In this document: piece after piece, positions 1-11,389 of the stretch
Layout: each line of letters begins with the position of its first letter
How positions within the stretch are numbered: the first letter of the stretch is position 1
Source: Takakia lepidozioides
Taxonomy: Eukaryota; Plantae; Bryophyta
Length of the DNA: 64,000 bases
Direction of reading: 5' to 3'
Assembly: GCA_030704615.1 (NCBI GenBank)
Contig: CM060731.1
Span: forward strand, 87,730,001 to 87,794,000
Translations under genes and position numbers: made by a program
The notes under the pieces: generated by a model
Database searches by the model: none
Seen by the model: only the letters and a program-made list of their open reading frames with translations
What the model was told of the DNA's origin: nothing

Positions 1-689
1 CCGCTAGCTCCCAACGCTCCGGTATTCTAGAATCGCCAACAATCCTACACTGACGGACCTTAGCATACCCTCCTTCTTTGTAAGGGCCAATCTCTACCAC
101 CTTCGCACTAGAGTTCAGGTAATAAAGACCAGTTATGCCTCCCCCGCCCGATGACCCCGCCTTCCAAGGGACAACCCTAGTCCAGCGATGTGAATTCTGC
201 AAGCCCAATACTCAATACGCCGCATTAACTCAGCTTTGGCGGAGGGCACTCGACCCTCGGTTGTTCTACCCTTCCAAGTCTTCATTAGCTGCCTCAAATT
301 CCACGTAGCGTCTTTCGCCGTGCTTTGGATCCACCGATTGAACTTCGGCTTGTCCCTGTCCGTCGTCCACTTAACCCCGCCAAAGCGTTCGTCATTTTTC
401 TCTCCATATTCTGCTGGAAAATTTGAAACCCCTCCCATCCATGCCTGACATAAGCACTCTCCAGCCTCATCATGTCCCTACCCGTGAAATAATCCACTAC
501 CACTTCTTTCACCCTATCCAAGGCATCCGGTCCCGGGTAGTCTGGCTTGTTGACCTGGCTATCCCGCTCGTGGGCATGTCTTCTCTTCCTCCGATCCCCA
601 GACGACCACGCCCCAGAACTTGAATTCACAACCCCCAACATTGTATAACCTTTGCCCACTACAGGGGACAAAACCTCAGAAAACGACAA
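1..689 (-). pseudogene. Transposon-borne protein kinase, N-terminal half (paralog of 10546-11389), frameshifted; runs off window start
   Basis: VKEVVVDYFTGRDMMRLESAYVRHGWEGF and AKDATWNLRQLM align with ORF 10546. Bases 1-75 read GGYAKVRQCRIVGDSRIPERWELA (Gly-rich loop leading to the beta-3 Lys). Confidence 0.75.
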
Positions 690-958
690 TGGACACGTGT
701 GGATGGTGTCTTCGTAGTTTCTGCAAAAAAACAGGCCGCCAGAGATCCGAAAACGGCAAAATGGTGATACGATGATTGAACCGTGAACAAGGGTGTGGGA
801 CTGACCAATAAAAAACCGAACCCCCCCATCCCCCCCAAATAATCACCTTTACACCTCCCGTTGGCAGTGCCAAACAACGAAGTCCGAGAGGACTACAAGA
901 TGCCAAAGAACCACACCACGAGAGGGGCAAAAGTGATCAGAAAAGGAGGGGGGAATGG

Positions 959-966
959 TTTATATA
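959..966 (-). promoter_or_regulatory. Putative TATA box upstream of kinase
   Basis: TATATAAA on minus strand between palindrome array and kinase; equivalent boxes at 10120 and 42868. Confidence 0.45.
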
Positions 967-1266
967 GGCGCCCACCAGCCCCCCCCCCCCGCAAAATGGC
1001 ATTATGCTTGAAAAGGCGCGACAAGCCAGTGGAGCCAGTGGCGCCTCGTCACGTGTCAGCGCGGCGCGACTGACCAGTCGCACCTCACCACACGTACCCA
1101 CATGGGAGAGGTCAAGGGTTCAAAACCACCTCCCCCCATCCCATTTGTTTCGTTCTTCCTGACCTGTGGCACCTCGCTACGTGGCTGGCCAGGCACTTCA
1201 TGATTTTTTAAAAAAAAAACCCCGTCACACGGCGGGTCCCTAGATTTCCAAAAAAATAAAAAACAC

Positions 1267-1955
1267 GCGACCGCCACATGACGGTCGCTATATGTATAAA
1301 AACAAGAAGAGCGACCGCCATGTGGCGGTCGCTGCATTTTTTTTAAATATATTAAATAAGCGACTGCCTACTGGCGGTCGCTTAATTCAAGATTCAAAAT
1401 AAAAATAAGCGACCGCTGCTAAATGGCGGTCGCTTTATTTAAAAATATATATTAAGTAAGCGACCGCCAAACGGCGGTCGCTTAATTTAAAGAATCAAAA
1501 TCAAATCCAGCGACCGCCGCCAAATTGCGGTCGTTGTATTGTTTATTAACAAAAATAGCGACGGCCGCCAAATGGCGGTCGCTGCATTTTTTAAAAATTT
1601 ACTGAAGAAGCGACCGCCAAACGGCGGTCGCTTTATTTCAGAATTTTAAAAAAAAAACGACCGCTGCTAAATGGCGGTCGCTAAATTTAAAAAAAAAACT
1701 AAAGCGACCGCCACATGGCAGTCGCTGTATTTTTACAAAATATAATAAAGATGTAATAATAATAATATAATAAAGTGCGAGCGACAGCCAATCTGGGCGG
1801 TCGCTTCATTTAAAACATAATAAACTTCAACCAACCGCCAATATAGGCGGTCGCTTAATTTAACAAAATATTAAATTACAAACGACCGCCAATATGGGCG
1901 GTCGTTTCATTTTAAAAATAATAAATTATATGCGACCGCCAATATAGGCGGACGT
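1267..1955. repeat. Subterminal array of ~14 palindromes GCGACCGCC-N3-5-GGCGGTCGC, ~50-bp period, A/T-tract spacers
   Basis: Units read at ~1268, 1310, 1360, 1409, 1460, 1510, 1558, 1610, 1658, 1704, 1781, 1831, 1882, 1932. Confidence 0.9.
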
Positions 1956-2789
1956 ATTTTTTTTAAAGAATTAATAAATATTAATAATTGGCCACATCTG
2001 TTTTACACCGTGGCTGCAATGTCATTACAAAGGGTAGAAGTAAATCATAAAAATCAAATGTAAAAAAAATTACATGGGTAAACATCCGGATTCGACGTGA
2101 TGTGACGCACGTCGGACATGACGACCGACGTATCAGCGCCACGTCACGTCAGGAATGATAACTAGGGCACTATCCTTCGTTAGAGTTTGAGCGGCTTTAG
2201 CCGCTACAAGTGTCGCCCACCCGTTCTTCTTGGCGAAGTCGAACTAAGATGGTGAAGAAGCATCTTAAATCTTTTGATTCACAAACATCCTGGGTTTATA
2301 GTCTCTTATTTGAGAATGAATGGAGATCTAGATATGAGCAGATGTGAAGTGTTGATCAGCTTATGAAATCTGAAGCTGGATCTCTTTCTACCTTGGCACG
2401 TGGACAGGCATATTTGGTATATGGGGTGCCAAAAGGCCATTACAAGCATGTGTCCTCATCTACCATCTGATGCATTAAGAGGTCCTCCATTGCTGCCACA
2501 TCCTCATGCATAATTCCATTGTCATTGTTGTCCTCATCATTGGAGATCGCCATGTCAGACGGGGTTGGGTCCCTTTGACACACACCCCCCTCCGAAGGAA
2601 CAAAATCCCGGTTCATGACAAGATCATGAACTTCATGAATTAACGTCCCGGGGTTGTGGCCGGCATCCTAAGATGCCAAAAACAACCATGTCATTATCAG
2701 TTTCCATACATGGCGTTGTTCATTATCATACAGGATAAAACCCAAAGTACACATTATACACATGAGGGGAATACATACATTGCTTCACC

Positions 2790-3670
2790 AGAGAGAGAGA
2801 GAAGACTCTGGCCAAAGCCGGCGTAACTAAGAGCCACTTCGCCTTACGGCTACTGCCCCATTTCGGGGGTGGGCCCTATAAAGAGAACAGGTGTCCAGGG
2901 AACACCGGGTAACTAGGAGGAGGTAGTAAATAGGGGACGGTGCCTAGGGTACCCCGGGGGGTACCCCCGGATACCCTAGGATACCGCAGAGGGGTTGGAC
3001 TCGAGTTGTCGCTTATTGGTGATGATGGCAGTGAGGGAGCGGAGGGCAGTGAGGTGGATGGCTTTAAAGCATTTGTGGATAGGGAGGACAGGGATTTTAC
3101 GATTGTCGCGTAATGCGTTTATACTTGATATGAATCCCACCTTTAGTACCTGCTGTGATAACTGATAGGGAGCCGTTGCGCCACCCACACTGACGGATGG
3201 CGAGGATGAGGGGGAAATATTTTTTGTCGTTTCTCTAGAATGGAGGGGAATGGGTATCGGTCATTACAATATGTGAATTCAACGAAGTGAATGGTTAATT
3301 CTGGGGAAGGGGCCGAAGTAGGTAGGGGGGCATTGACGGGTAAGCCTTGGACAAGTAGGATATCCGGGCAGAGCCGAGAGGGACAGGTACAGGGTGAGTG
3401 ATGACAAGTACACGGAAGTATCCAGTGAGGGACAGTGTGGTCAGGGGGTCGGCCTTGGTAGGTACCAGCATTGATGAGTGAGAACCATCTGGTTTCTGAT
3501 CTGGACATGAGAAGTTTATGGATGTGCCAAACTGCGTGATTATGGCGAGTGACGCGGAGACCATGTATAACGGGATGGGTACACTGACTAAGGAGGTGGG
3601 GTCAGGTGTCACGTACTGTATGTGTATGTGAGCATAATGGGCAGTTGGGGGATGGTCATGAATGTTTTCC
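2790..3670 (-). mobile_element. 5'-truncated non-LTR retrotransposon with CCHC knuckle and restriction-like endonuclease (RLE)
   Basis: Minus translation across frameshifts: CPLC..DT*PHLLSQC, VTRHNHAVWH, RLCPDILLV, HFVEFTYCND, EKRQK. Stop at 2976; (TC)n tail at ~2790-2802. Confidence 0.75.
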
Positions 3671-3805
3671 ATTATTCAACATCCATTATACATTCATCCA
3701 TTTTATTCTTACCCATCCTACATTCATCCATCTATTTTCATTTTTCGCACTCATCCATCTATTTATCATCCACTCTACATTCATCCATCCTTCATTCATC
3801 TGTTG
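3670..3805. repeat. Degenerate CATTCATCC simple repeat
   Basis: Repeated cattcatcca/catccatc motifs. Confidence 0.6.
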
Positions 3806-3844
3806 CTTTCAGGTGGGAATGATCACGTCCTTTTATTATGTCGT

Positions 3845-3995
3845 CCAGCTTGTTTCCGCGGTAAAGGGTGCTCTTCCGCGGGAATACACTACACTTCTTC
3901 CTTGGCGCGTGGTGACGCGGCCTTCAAGCGCGATGACGTGGAGTGAGCCCCCAGATGTGGCGTTGGCGCAAGGTGACATGGCTCACGCGACCAGG
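3845..3995 (+). mobile_element. Probable transposon terminus (CCGCGG/GTGAGCC type), related to 34014-34130
   Basis: CCGCGGTAA..GGTG..CCGCGGGAATA matches CCGCGGTAA..GGTG..CCGCGGAAATA at 34028. Both are followed by TGACGTG, GTGAGCC and GCTCACG motifs. Confidence 0.45.
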
Positions 3996-4002
3996 TTCAC
4001 GC

Positions 4003-4450
4003 ATGAGCACGCAAAACGCAGTCCAACAAGTCCCAAAGTAATAGCAGATCCAACAGAATACATTCAACGGGTGAACGGATGGTTGCCCATCCAAATCATT
4101 TTTGTTTGCTTCCAAACTTTGCCAATACGTTTGAGACACCCTCTCACAGGTCCCGGACTAATATGAGATCAATCAAAATTCATTCGATGGCTCAACGGAT
4201 GGTTGGCCATCGAAATGATTTTGGTTCGCTTTGAGACTTGGCCAGTATATTCAATGTACCATATAAGAGGCCCCAGAGTAATATGAGATCAATCGAAATT
4301 CGTTCAATGGGCCAACGGATGGTTGCCTATCCAAATAATTTTTGTTCGCTTTGAGACTTGGCTAGTGTGTTCAATGTACCATCTGATAGGTCCCAGTGTA
4401 ATATGAGATCAATCAAAATTATTTTGTGCTTCGAGAACTTTGTGGGTATG
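4003..4450 (+). repeat. Satellite B, 120-bp tandem units
   Basis: GGATGGTTG at 4077, 4197, 4317; same family at 30859-32519 and 48845-53300. Confidence 0.9.
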
Positions 4451-5189
4451 TTCGTCATACATAGAAAGACCATAGATTTTACGAAATGATTATGAAATAC
4501 GCAGGGACCGAACAAAATTTGTTTGGAAGACGACCGTTCGTAACTCGTTATAACTTATTCATTAACATCAATTTTCCTTGTTCTCCAGCTTTCGGGGTTC
4601 ATTGCAGATACCCATATACACGGCATGACCAAATATGACACCATTGTAAATTTGTTTACAGGGTGAACCACTTCTTCCCCATCACACGAGTGTAAATGTG
4701 AAGAAAACGTTGCTCATGCAATTGAAATTGGCAGGTGCCGCACATGTGCATTGTGTATTAACAAAATTGGTGATATACAAAATTGGCGGAATGCTATCAC
4801 TGTGTTTTCCAACAATATTCAAGGTACAACAAGAATGCACATTGTCTATATACTACGCTGTCAGTCATTAAAAGCCTAGTCGTCACTGTCCGAGGACAAG
4901 GAATGTGATGCTATGGCCTAATTTGCACTGCCAATACGGAGAGCTTGCGACGTGATCTCGTGGTCAATGAGGGGCCCAATGGCATGTCATCAATTCTGGC
5001 GTGCATCCGCCTACTTTGCGGCAAAAGTTCACTTTCTTCTTCACTCTCACGACGTGGCGGAGGTGGATCGACAACAAGTGCTCGGGCTGCATGCAAATCG
5101 GCAACGAGGCCGTCCACATTCGGCAATAGAGCCCCCAAAACACGATGATAACGGTCTGTCCATAGTCGCCTCCATTGCTCTACAACTGC

Positions 5190-7390
5190 CTTGATGGTAC
5201 TTTGAAACTTTCCAACGGCCTCTCGCGGGCTTTGTCCCTAATCATTGTGTCGTTTCGACGATAAGCCGCCTCGTACGCCTCATTCATTCGGCGTTGACAT
5301 ATTATAAAAAAGTATGACACCTCCCGAAGGAAGCGTAACTTATGGAGTCACTTCACCCCCAAGGGCTACTGCCTTCCGCTAGGAAGGTGGACACCTTCAT
5401 GACACACCAGACCATGGTTTGAACCCACAACCACATCCAACGTGGTATGTGCCCATTACCACTGGGCTACATGCTGGTTGTCTGACATATTATAACATCT
5501 TCCAGTTCGGACAACAACAAATGTCTCCCAATCGGTTCTCGGTCATACAATTTGTTCTCCTCCGGCACCCATGGAACCTATGGGAGCTGGATAAACCTGG
5601 ACCTTCTCTGATTCCAATGCCCTCCCAGATTGCGGCAAAACTGCTCTCTCTCCTACCAATCGGGAATGCCTCCCGCACGTATGGTTATCTCCCAGTCAGA
5701 TGTGACCCAGAAATACTGGGGATCTTTGACGTATGTCGGGTTTCCGGCATGTATGCCATGCATCTCTCTGTTTGCATCCCATACCAAGTTCTTGCCCCAA
5801 TGCACACAATTCAGAAAATGTGAATGGTAGCCCATCCAATGGGAGGTTGTGTCGATTGTATTCAAAACCTATGGGCATCCGATCCTCCAAGCCCACCAGC
5901 TCATAGAAACGGCGATGGATTGGTGTACGGCGTACTGGGCAAGCGCTCATCCAAAAGGCTTGCGGGATAAGAAATGTGAGATGGAACATATGTCCACATG
6001 ATCCAAACACATGACATCCCTCTGGGCCGTATGGATTCCTGCACATCGAACAAACTGTGCTATCTGATATCCATGACGGCAAAACGCGTCGTGGTATCTC
6101 CTCCCTCTGGGCCGGTTTGATGTGGCTGGTCATCCTTGTTGTGGTGTCCCACTCTTCCTCTATCTCCAATTCCCAGTTTATGCTTCTGTTCGACCCCGAA
6201 ATTCTGTGCTCACATCGATCGAACATAGAATCCACATCTGCCTAGTTGGTATACCCGGCGAACACGCTTGATGTGATGCGGAGATCGTTATACCTTTGCA
6301 TGTTGGCATAAATGCTATCCACGCTATGGTTCGACATGCGTGCGACACGTTGCAAGCCTGACAAAGCCCGCTCTACCCGTGCTTCTCTGGAGACCAAATG
6401 GGTCGCCCATTGTACCCAATTCTCCCAATCGCCATTCAATAGGACCCATGCCCGAATCTCCAATGTTTTGGACAAGCGCCATGCAGTTGCCATGACAATG
6501 TCCCGCTCCTTTGTAACGCGATCGACATCAGATATCGGATTCATCTCGGATTGAATGGCGACCCTCGAGCATTCCCCGGTTTCTAGTAGTGGTTCTTTTC
6601 CTTTCCTCCTTCTCTCATCCGTAATTCGTTGTTCCTCAACCATGGTTTCATCGGCCACAGGGTCAAGGACGTTCGTAATTTCGTGAATGATGAGGTCAAT
6701 ACTACAATCGGGCATCGCAAACTCCGCGTCCATGTCCACGACGTTTGTTCGATCCTCATTGTGGACAACAGTGCCTTCATTGTTTGGAGGCATGCTTGCA
6801 ATCTAGCTTCCAACTCGGCTATGCGCAGTGTTTGCCAGTCTAGTCGGTCCTGCAGGGTCCTGATTCGCTGGTCTCTTTCCGCCAGTTGTTCATCTAACAT
6901 TACAGCCGGTTGTATTCCAAACGTGTCCGGGATGTACTCCAAATCGTATAGCATCCTTGCGTTCCTCCTACTAGCAGTTTGCCAATTCACTGGACGCAAG
7001 AGTATGACCTCTACGTACAACATGGCTGCCAAGGTGTATGAGATTTGGCCCTTTAAGAGAGGTTGACCCCACAATGTGCAATGCACCTCATTCGTCCTAT
7101 GTTGGAAATGCAAGTTCGTACAAGACCTGGACTCTGCGTAATTGTTTCGGGTTTGCACGTCAAGGCCACAATCGATTGATGTGGTACCACTTCACGAATT
7201 TTTTGCATCTCGCCATCGGCCACCTGAACTCTTCCGGAATATCCTCCCAGCCCTCTTCTGCTAGTATGCTAGGGTCACCATATATTTCCCAATTCAAGTC
7301 TTGCCTTAACCCTTTGATTTTCTTAGGGGCGGTCCATGTTCATTGGGGTCATTTCTTCCATGACGCATCACCTTCATCTGCGATATAAGT
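5190..7390 (-). pseudogene. Transposon-borne coiled-coil + RING-H2 protein (paralog of 46270-48500), interrupted by a SINE
   Basis: CSMC-x12-CGHMFH..ACPV; LAAMLYVEVILLRPV, RRRKGKEP and WENWVQWATHL all have counterparts at 46.5-47.8 kb. Confidence 0.7.
5308..5482 (-). mobile_element. tRNA-derived SINE
   Basis: A box TAGCCCAGTGG, B box GGTTCAAACC, T-rich 3' end. 13-bp TSD TGACATATTATAA (5295-5307 / 5483-5495). Second copy at 54607. Confidence 0.9.
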
Positions 7391-7789
7391 ATTGTTCAAA
7401 AATCGACTCGCGATAGGTTTTTACGACATTTCTCAATTTCCATGAATGCAAAAAGCCTGTCGTGTACTGGCAGCCGGCGAAGTACATCTGACATATCCCA
7501 CAAGTAGACGGAACGACAATTGAAGTGCCACCACTTAGTTTTTTGGGGAATTCAAAGACGGAGAAATGGATGAATTCCGTTCGCACATAATGATGACACC
7601 CGCATCCAAATACGGTTAACAATGTCCAAATTGTATTTTCGATACATGCCAAAGCAAACGTTGTTGCAAACGTCAAACTGGAGAGCTCTAGAGGCAGCGT
7701 GGGGAGCGTTTGTTTCCATCGGAAGAAGAAGAGAAGGAAGTCACTATACTTTATCGGCACTAGGGACAGGAAGAGAGCCAAAGATAGAA

Positions 7790-8089
7790 TGAGGTGGGAA
7801 AGAGTAGACGAAGAGGGAAGGAGGAAGAAGAGGGCAATGAGAAAAGGTTGGCGATGCACATTTTGGAGACGAACAACAGCCCCCCATACAGCCGAGGACG
7901 GGTGAGGAGGAGATTGCATCCGAGGAAGAGACGGACGCCGAAGAGGATGTTGATGCTGACCTCATGAAGAAGCAGATAGTGGAAAAGAGGATGGGGGACA
8001 TGCTCCAGAACATGCTCGGCGTAGACAGCAGTCCGAGGCGCAAAGGGTCTCCTGCGATTGGAGAGACATCCAACATAGCACCAAGAAAG
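7790..8089 (+). pseudogene. Acidic 5' exon, inferred start of the ParB-MTase gene
   Basis: GEEEIASEEETDAEEDVDADLMKKQ...APRK ends at donor AG|GTACGA (8089/8090). The intron holds array A, which continues (after re-inversion) into the ParB exon. 5' boundary uncertain. Confidence 0.45.
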
Positions 8090-8279
8090 GTACGAGTGAT
8101 GTTCACTGCTACCTTTTGTTTTGTTTCATGTTATGTTGGCCCAGTTATGCAAGCTGAAATATGTGCAAGCAGAAACCTTTGTGCAGTGCCGCACACTGTT
8201 GCTGCAGGTCTTTCAAGTTGCTTAGGGTTTGCTGGTCGCTATCTATATCCGTTCCCCATGACTTCAAACATAGAAAAGT

Positions 8280-9426
8280 GGAGGCACGAAACAGTGTGCG
8301 GCACCGCACACTGTTTGTGCCCCTCTTCTTTGCTTCATTTTCATGTGAAAATGCTCAATTACAGGAGTGTCTTGTAGGTATGAAGCACACATAATTTGAA
8401 GCATAAAACAGTGTGCGGCACCGCACACTGTTTGTGAACCTCATGTTGTTGTTTTTTGATGTCAAAATCTACCACACAAGCCCAGACTGCCATGTATCAA
8501 ACACACCTACACGGAAGCATGAAACAGTGTGCGGCAACGCACACTGTTTGTGCCCCCCTGCTTTGCTTGTTTTTTATGTCAAAATGTACCACACCGGCCC
8601 AGTTTGTCAAGACAAAATGTACCTAGATGGAAGCACGAAATAGTGTGCGGCAACGCACACTATTTGTGCCCCGCTTTTTGCTTGTTTTTTGATGTCAAAA
8701 TGGGCCACACCAGCAGTGTATGCCATGTTCAAAACACACCTACATGGAAGCACAAAACAGTGTGCGGCAACGCACACTGTTTGTGCCCCCATTTTTGCTT
8801 GTTTTTTGATGTCAAATGTGCCACAGAAGGCCAGTCTGCCATGTTGAAAATTCACCTAATTGGAAGCATGAAATAGTGTGTGGCAACGCACACTGTTTGT
8901 GCCCCCCTATTTGCTTGTTTTTTGATGTCAAAATGGGCCACACCAGTAGTGTCTGCCATGTTCAAAACAGACCTAGATAAAAGCACGAAACAGTGTACAG
9001 TAACGCACACTGTTTGTGTCCCCCTGTTTTGCTTGTTTTTTATGTCAACCTGCACCACACCAGCCCAGTCTGTCATGTCAAAATGTACCTAGATGGAAGC
9101 ACGAAACAGTGTGCGGCAACGCACACTGTTTGTGCCCCTCTTTTTTGCTTGTTTTTTATGTCAAAATGAACTTGAGCAAGCCAGTTTGTGGTGTATCATA
9201 CACACGTAGATGGAAGCACGAAACAGTGTGCGTTGCCGCACACTGTTTGTGCCCCTCTACTTGGTTTTTTTCTATGTCAAAATGTAACTAGATGGAAGCA
9301 CGAAACAGTGTACGGCAACGCACACTGTTTGTGCCCCCCTTTTTGCTTGTTTTTTTATGTCAAAATGTGCCACACAAGGCCAGTCTGCCATGTTCAAAAC
9401 ACCTCTAATTGGAAGCACAAAACAGT
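8280..9426 (+). repeat. Array A: ~117-bp tandem units, each with hairpin AAACAGTGTGCG-GCAA-CGCACACTGTTT
   Basis: ~10 units (8288, 8407, 8522, 8638, 8755, 8871, 8988, 9104, 9221, 9303); last unit cut after AAAACAGT at 9426. Confidence 0.95.
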
Positions 9427-9666
9427 CTTAGTTGCAAATTTGGACGTAATGTGGCGTTGACGCGTCAGCGTCATGTCCGACGTCAGCGACGGACGTGCGT
9501 CACGTCACGTCCTAAACCGACGTTACTGTACATAAATATGTTTATTTTTTTACTTTACTATTGACTATTTATTATGAGAACCGACGTGGCAACCGATGTG
9601 GCCTCATTACGTGGACTTCATTAATTATCTGTAAAATTCATATATTATGATTTATATTGTCAATCA

Positions 9667-10050
9667 TACGACCGTCAGCAAAGGTTGGTCGGACATTTTT
9701 TCATTTTTTTTAAATAGGTGCGACCACTTGAAAGGGGTGGACGCATATTTTTTCTTATTTTTTAAATGGGTGCGACCACGAGCAGGTGGTGGTCGCAGCA
9801 TTTTCATTTTTTTTAATAGGTGCGACCACAAGCAGAGGGTGGTCGCACATTTTTTCTTTTTTTAAAATTGGGTGCGACCACCAGCAGGTGGTGGTCGCAA
9901 CTTTTTCATTTTTTTTTAAATAGGTACGACCACCAGCAGGGGATGGTCGCACATTTTTAATTATATTTAAATGGGTGCTTTCTTTTTTGTTATTAGGTGC
10001 GACCGCTTATGGGGGGTCGCACATTTTCTTTTTTGTTATTAGGTGCAACC
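9667..10050. repeat. Subterminal palindrome array TGCGACCACC-N-GGTGGTCGCA, ~51-bp period
   Basis: ~7-8 units with T-tract spacers; same variant as 42318-42765. Confidence 0.9.
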
Positions 10051-10119
10051 GCTCCCTGAACACGTGGCGAGGCGTGAATGGGCAGCAGAGGCGGTCGCGC
10101 GTTAGGCCTCTCCAGGTAG

Positions 10120-10127
10120 TATATAAA
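10120..10127 (+). promoter_or_regulatory. Putative TATA box of kinase gene
   Basis: TATATAAA just inside the palindrome array. Confidence 0.45.
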
Positions 10128-10545
10128 GGCCTACCCCTCATTCCCAACCCACTTTTTTCTCTCTCTGTGAGTGCGGTTCTGGGGCTTCTTGGAGTTTGAA
10201 CTTCGGTGGCCAGGACTGAGCGTGGGGGGGGGAGAAAGTGGATTTGTGTGGGAGAGGAGTTTTTGCCTTTTTTTCCTGGGACTGCGGGAGAGTTTGCTTT
10301 GGGTACTATACCAATAGAGGGTGAGGAAATTGGTCTGCTAGTATATAAGGTTATCAATAGTCTAGGTTTAGTTTTCCGTTACGAAGTCGCGTCTATTCCG
10401 CAGAGTAAAACATCATGTCCGGAAACGTTGCTTCGAACGCAGTGTCAGGGGGAAGTGGGCGTAAAGGTAGGAAGCGTAAACATGCACATGAACGGGATAG
10501 TCAGGTCAACAAAAAAAAGACTATCCAAGCGCAGAGGCCGCGAAG

Positions 10546-11389
10546 GTGGTGAAGCAAGTAGTGCTGGATTATTTGAAGGACAATGACATAATGCGTTTGA
10601 ATCTTTTGTATGTCCGACATGGGAATGAGGGGTTCCTTAGATTCCAGCACAATATGGAGATGAGAATGAGGGAGGCTATGGCCGGGGATGAATGGGAGGA
10701 GGATAAGGCGAAGTTCCAGTTCACGAAATGGATGGAGGACCGGGCCCATGATGCCACATGGAATCTGAGGCAAACCATGGACAAGTTTGTTACGAGAACA
10801 CCTATAGCTGAAGGTCGCATGCCAACTTTGGAGGAGGAGTTGTTTGTGCTTGTGGATTGGCGGTCTGACATGGCAAAGGCCCACGCCAAACGACGTACGA
10901 AACCACTCCCATGGAAGGCAGGGTCCTCGTCCGCGGATGCGGCATTGAACGTGAGATACATATCCACAAACGCACAGGTACAACAACTCGATGCGCCCAA
11001 ACAGGGAGGGTATGGTACAATTCGGAGGGTTAGAATTGTTGGGGATCAATTCATTCCTCCATCTTGGGAGCTAGCAGGGAAAACGCCCAGGGAAACAAAT
11101 GTCGAGCTTGCCAAAGTCCAACATAACAATGAGGCGTTGGCTGTAAAGTTCCATCATTTCGGCATCATAAAGTATTTTGCATTGCATCCACGTCGAAATG
11201 AAGGTTACACACATTGGTGGAATGGGGGGACCATACGATCATGGTTGAGTATTGACAGGAAATGGGGGAATGGTCGGGATAACAGGGAGTTAATGGAACG
11301 ACGGGGGACGGAGCAGGAAATGCAGGAGGTCAACCGACTGGTTCGATTCCGACAGAATCGCACCCAATTGGCATGGGCGCTTTTGCACT
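10546..11389 (+). pseudogene. Protein kinase, N-terminal extension + N-lobe to alpha-E, truncated
   Basis: KQGGYGTIRRV (I), LAGK (II), HNNE (III), HFGIIKYF (IV), HWWNGGTI (V); ends QLAWALLH at a gypsy junction. Confidence 0.8.

Larger units (their letters stand above)
1..2166 (-). mobile_element. Kinase-side terminus of a cargo DNA transposon (sister of 9427-11389)
   Basis: Reverse strand begins CCTAGTTATCATTCCTGACGTGACGTGG at 2166, then ACGT-rich block, palindrome array, TATA and kinase: same order as 9427 onward. Confidence 0.65.
9427..11389 (-). mobile_element. Kinase-side end of the cargo hAT element whose transposase side is 42089-53979
   Basis: Begins CTTAGTTGCA exactly where array A breaks; partner end CAGGGTTGCA. 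TSD AAAACAGT (9419-9426) vs GAAACAGT (rc of 42081-42088). Confidence 0.75.

Noticed and set aside
5400-5482. tRNA gene
   Set aside because: A/B boxes present, but with an unrelated tail, TSDs and a second dispersed copy: a SINE.
8280-9426. CRISPR array (also 1267-1955, 41420-42765)
   Set aside because: Spacers are homologous to each other or plain A/T tracts; no cas genes; eukaryotic context.
8161-9460. Cys/His-rich ORFs (KHETVCGNAHC repeats), also 41420-42177
   Set aside because: Translations of array A, open in several frames and on both strands.
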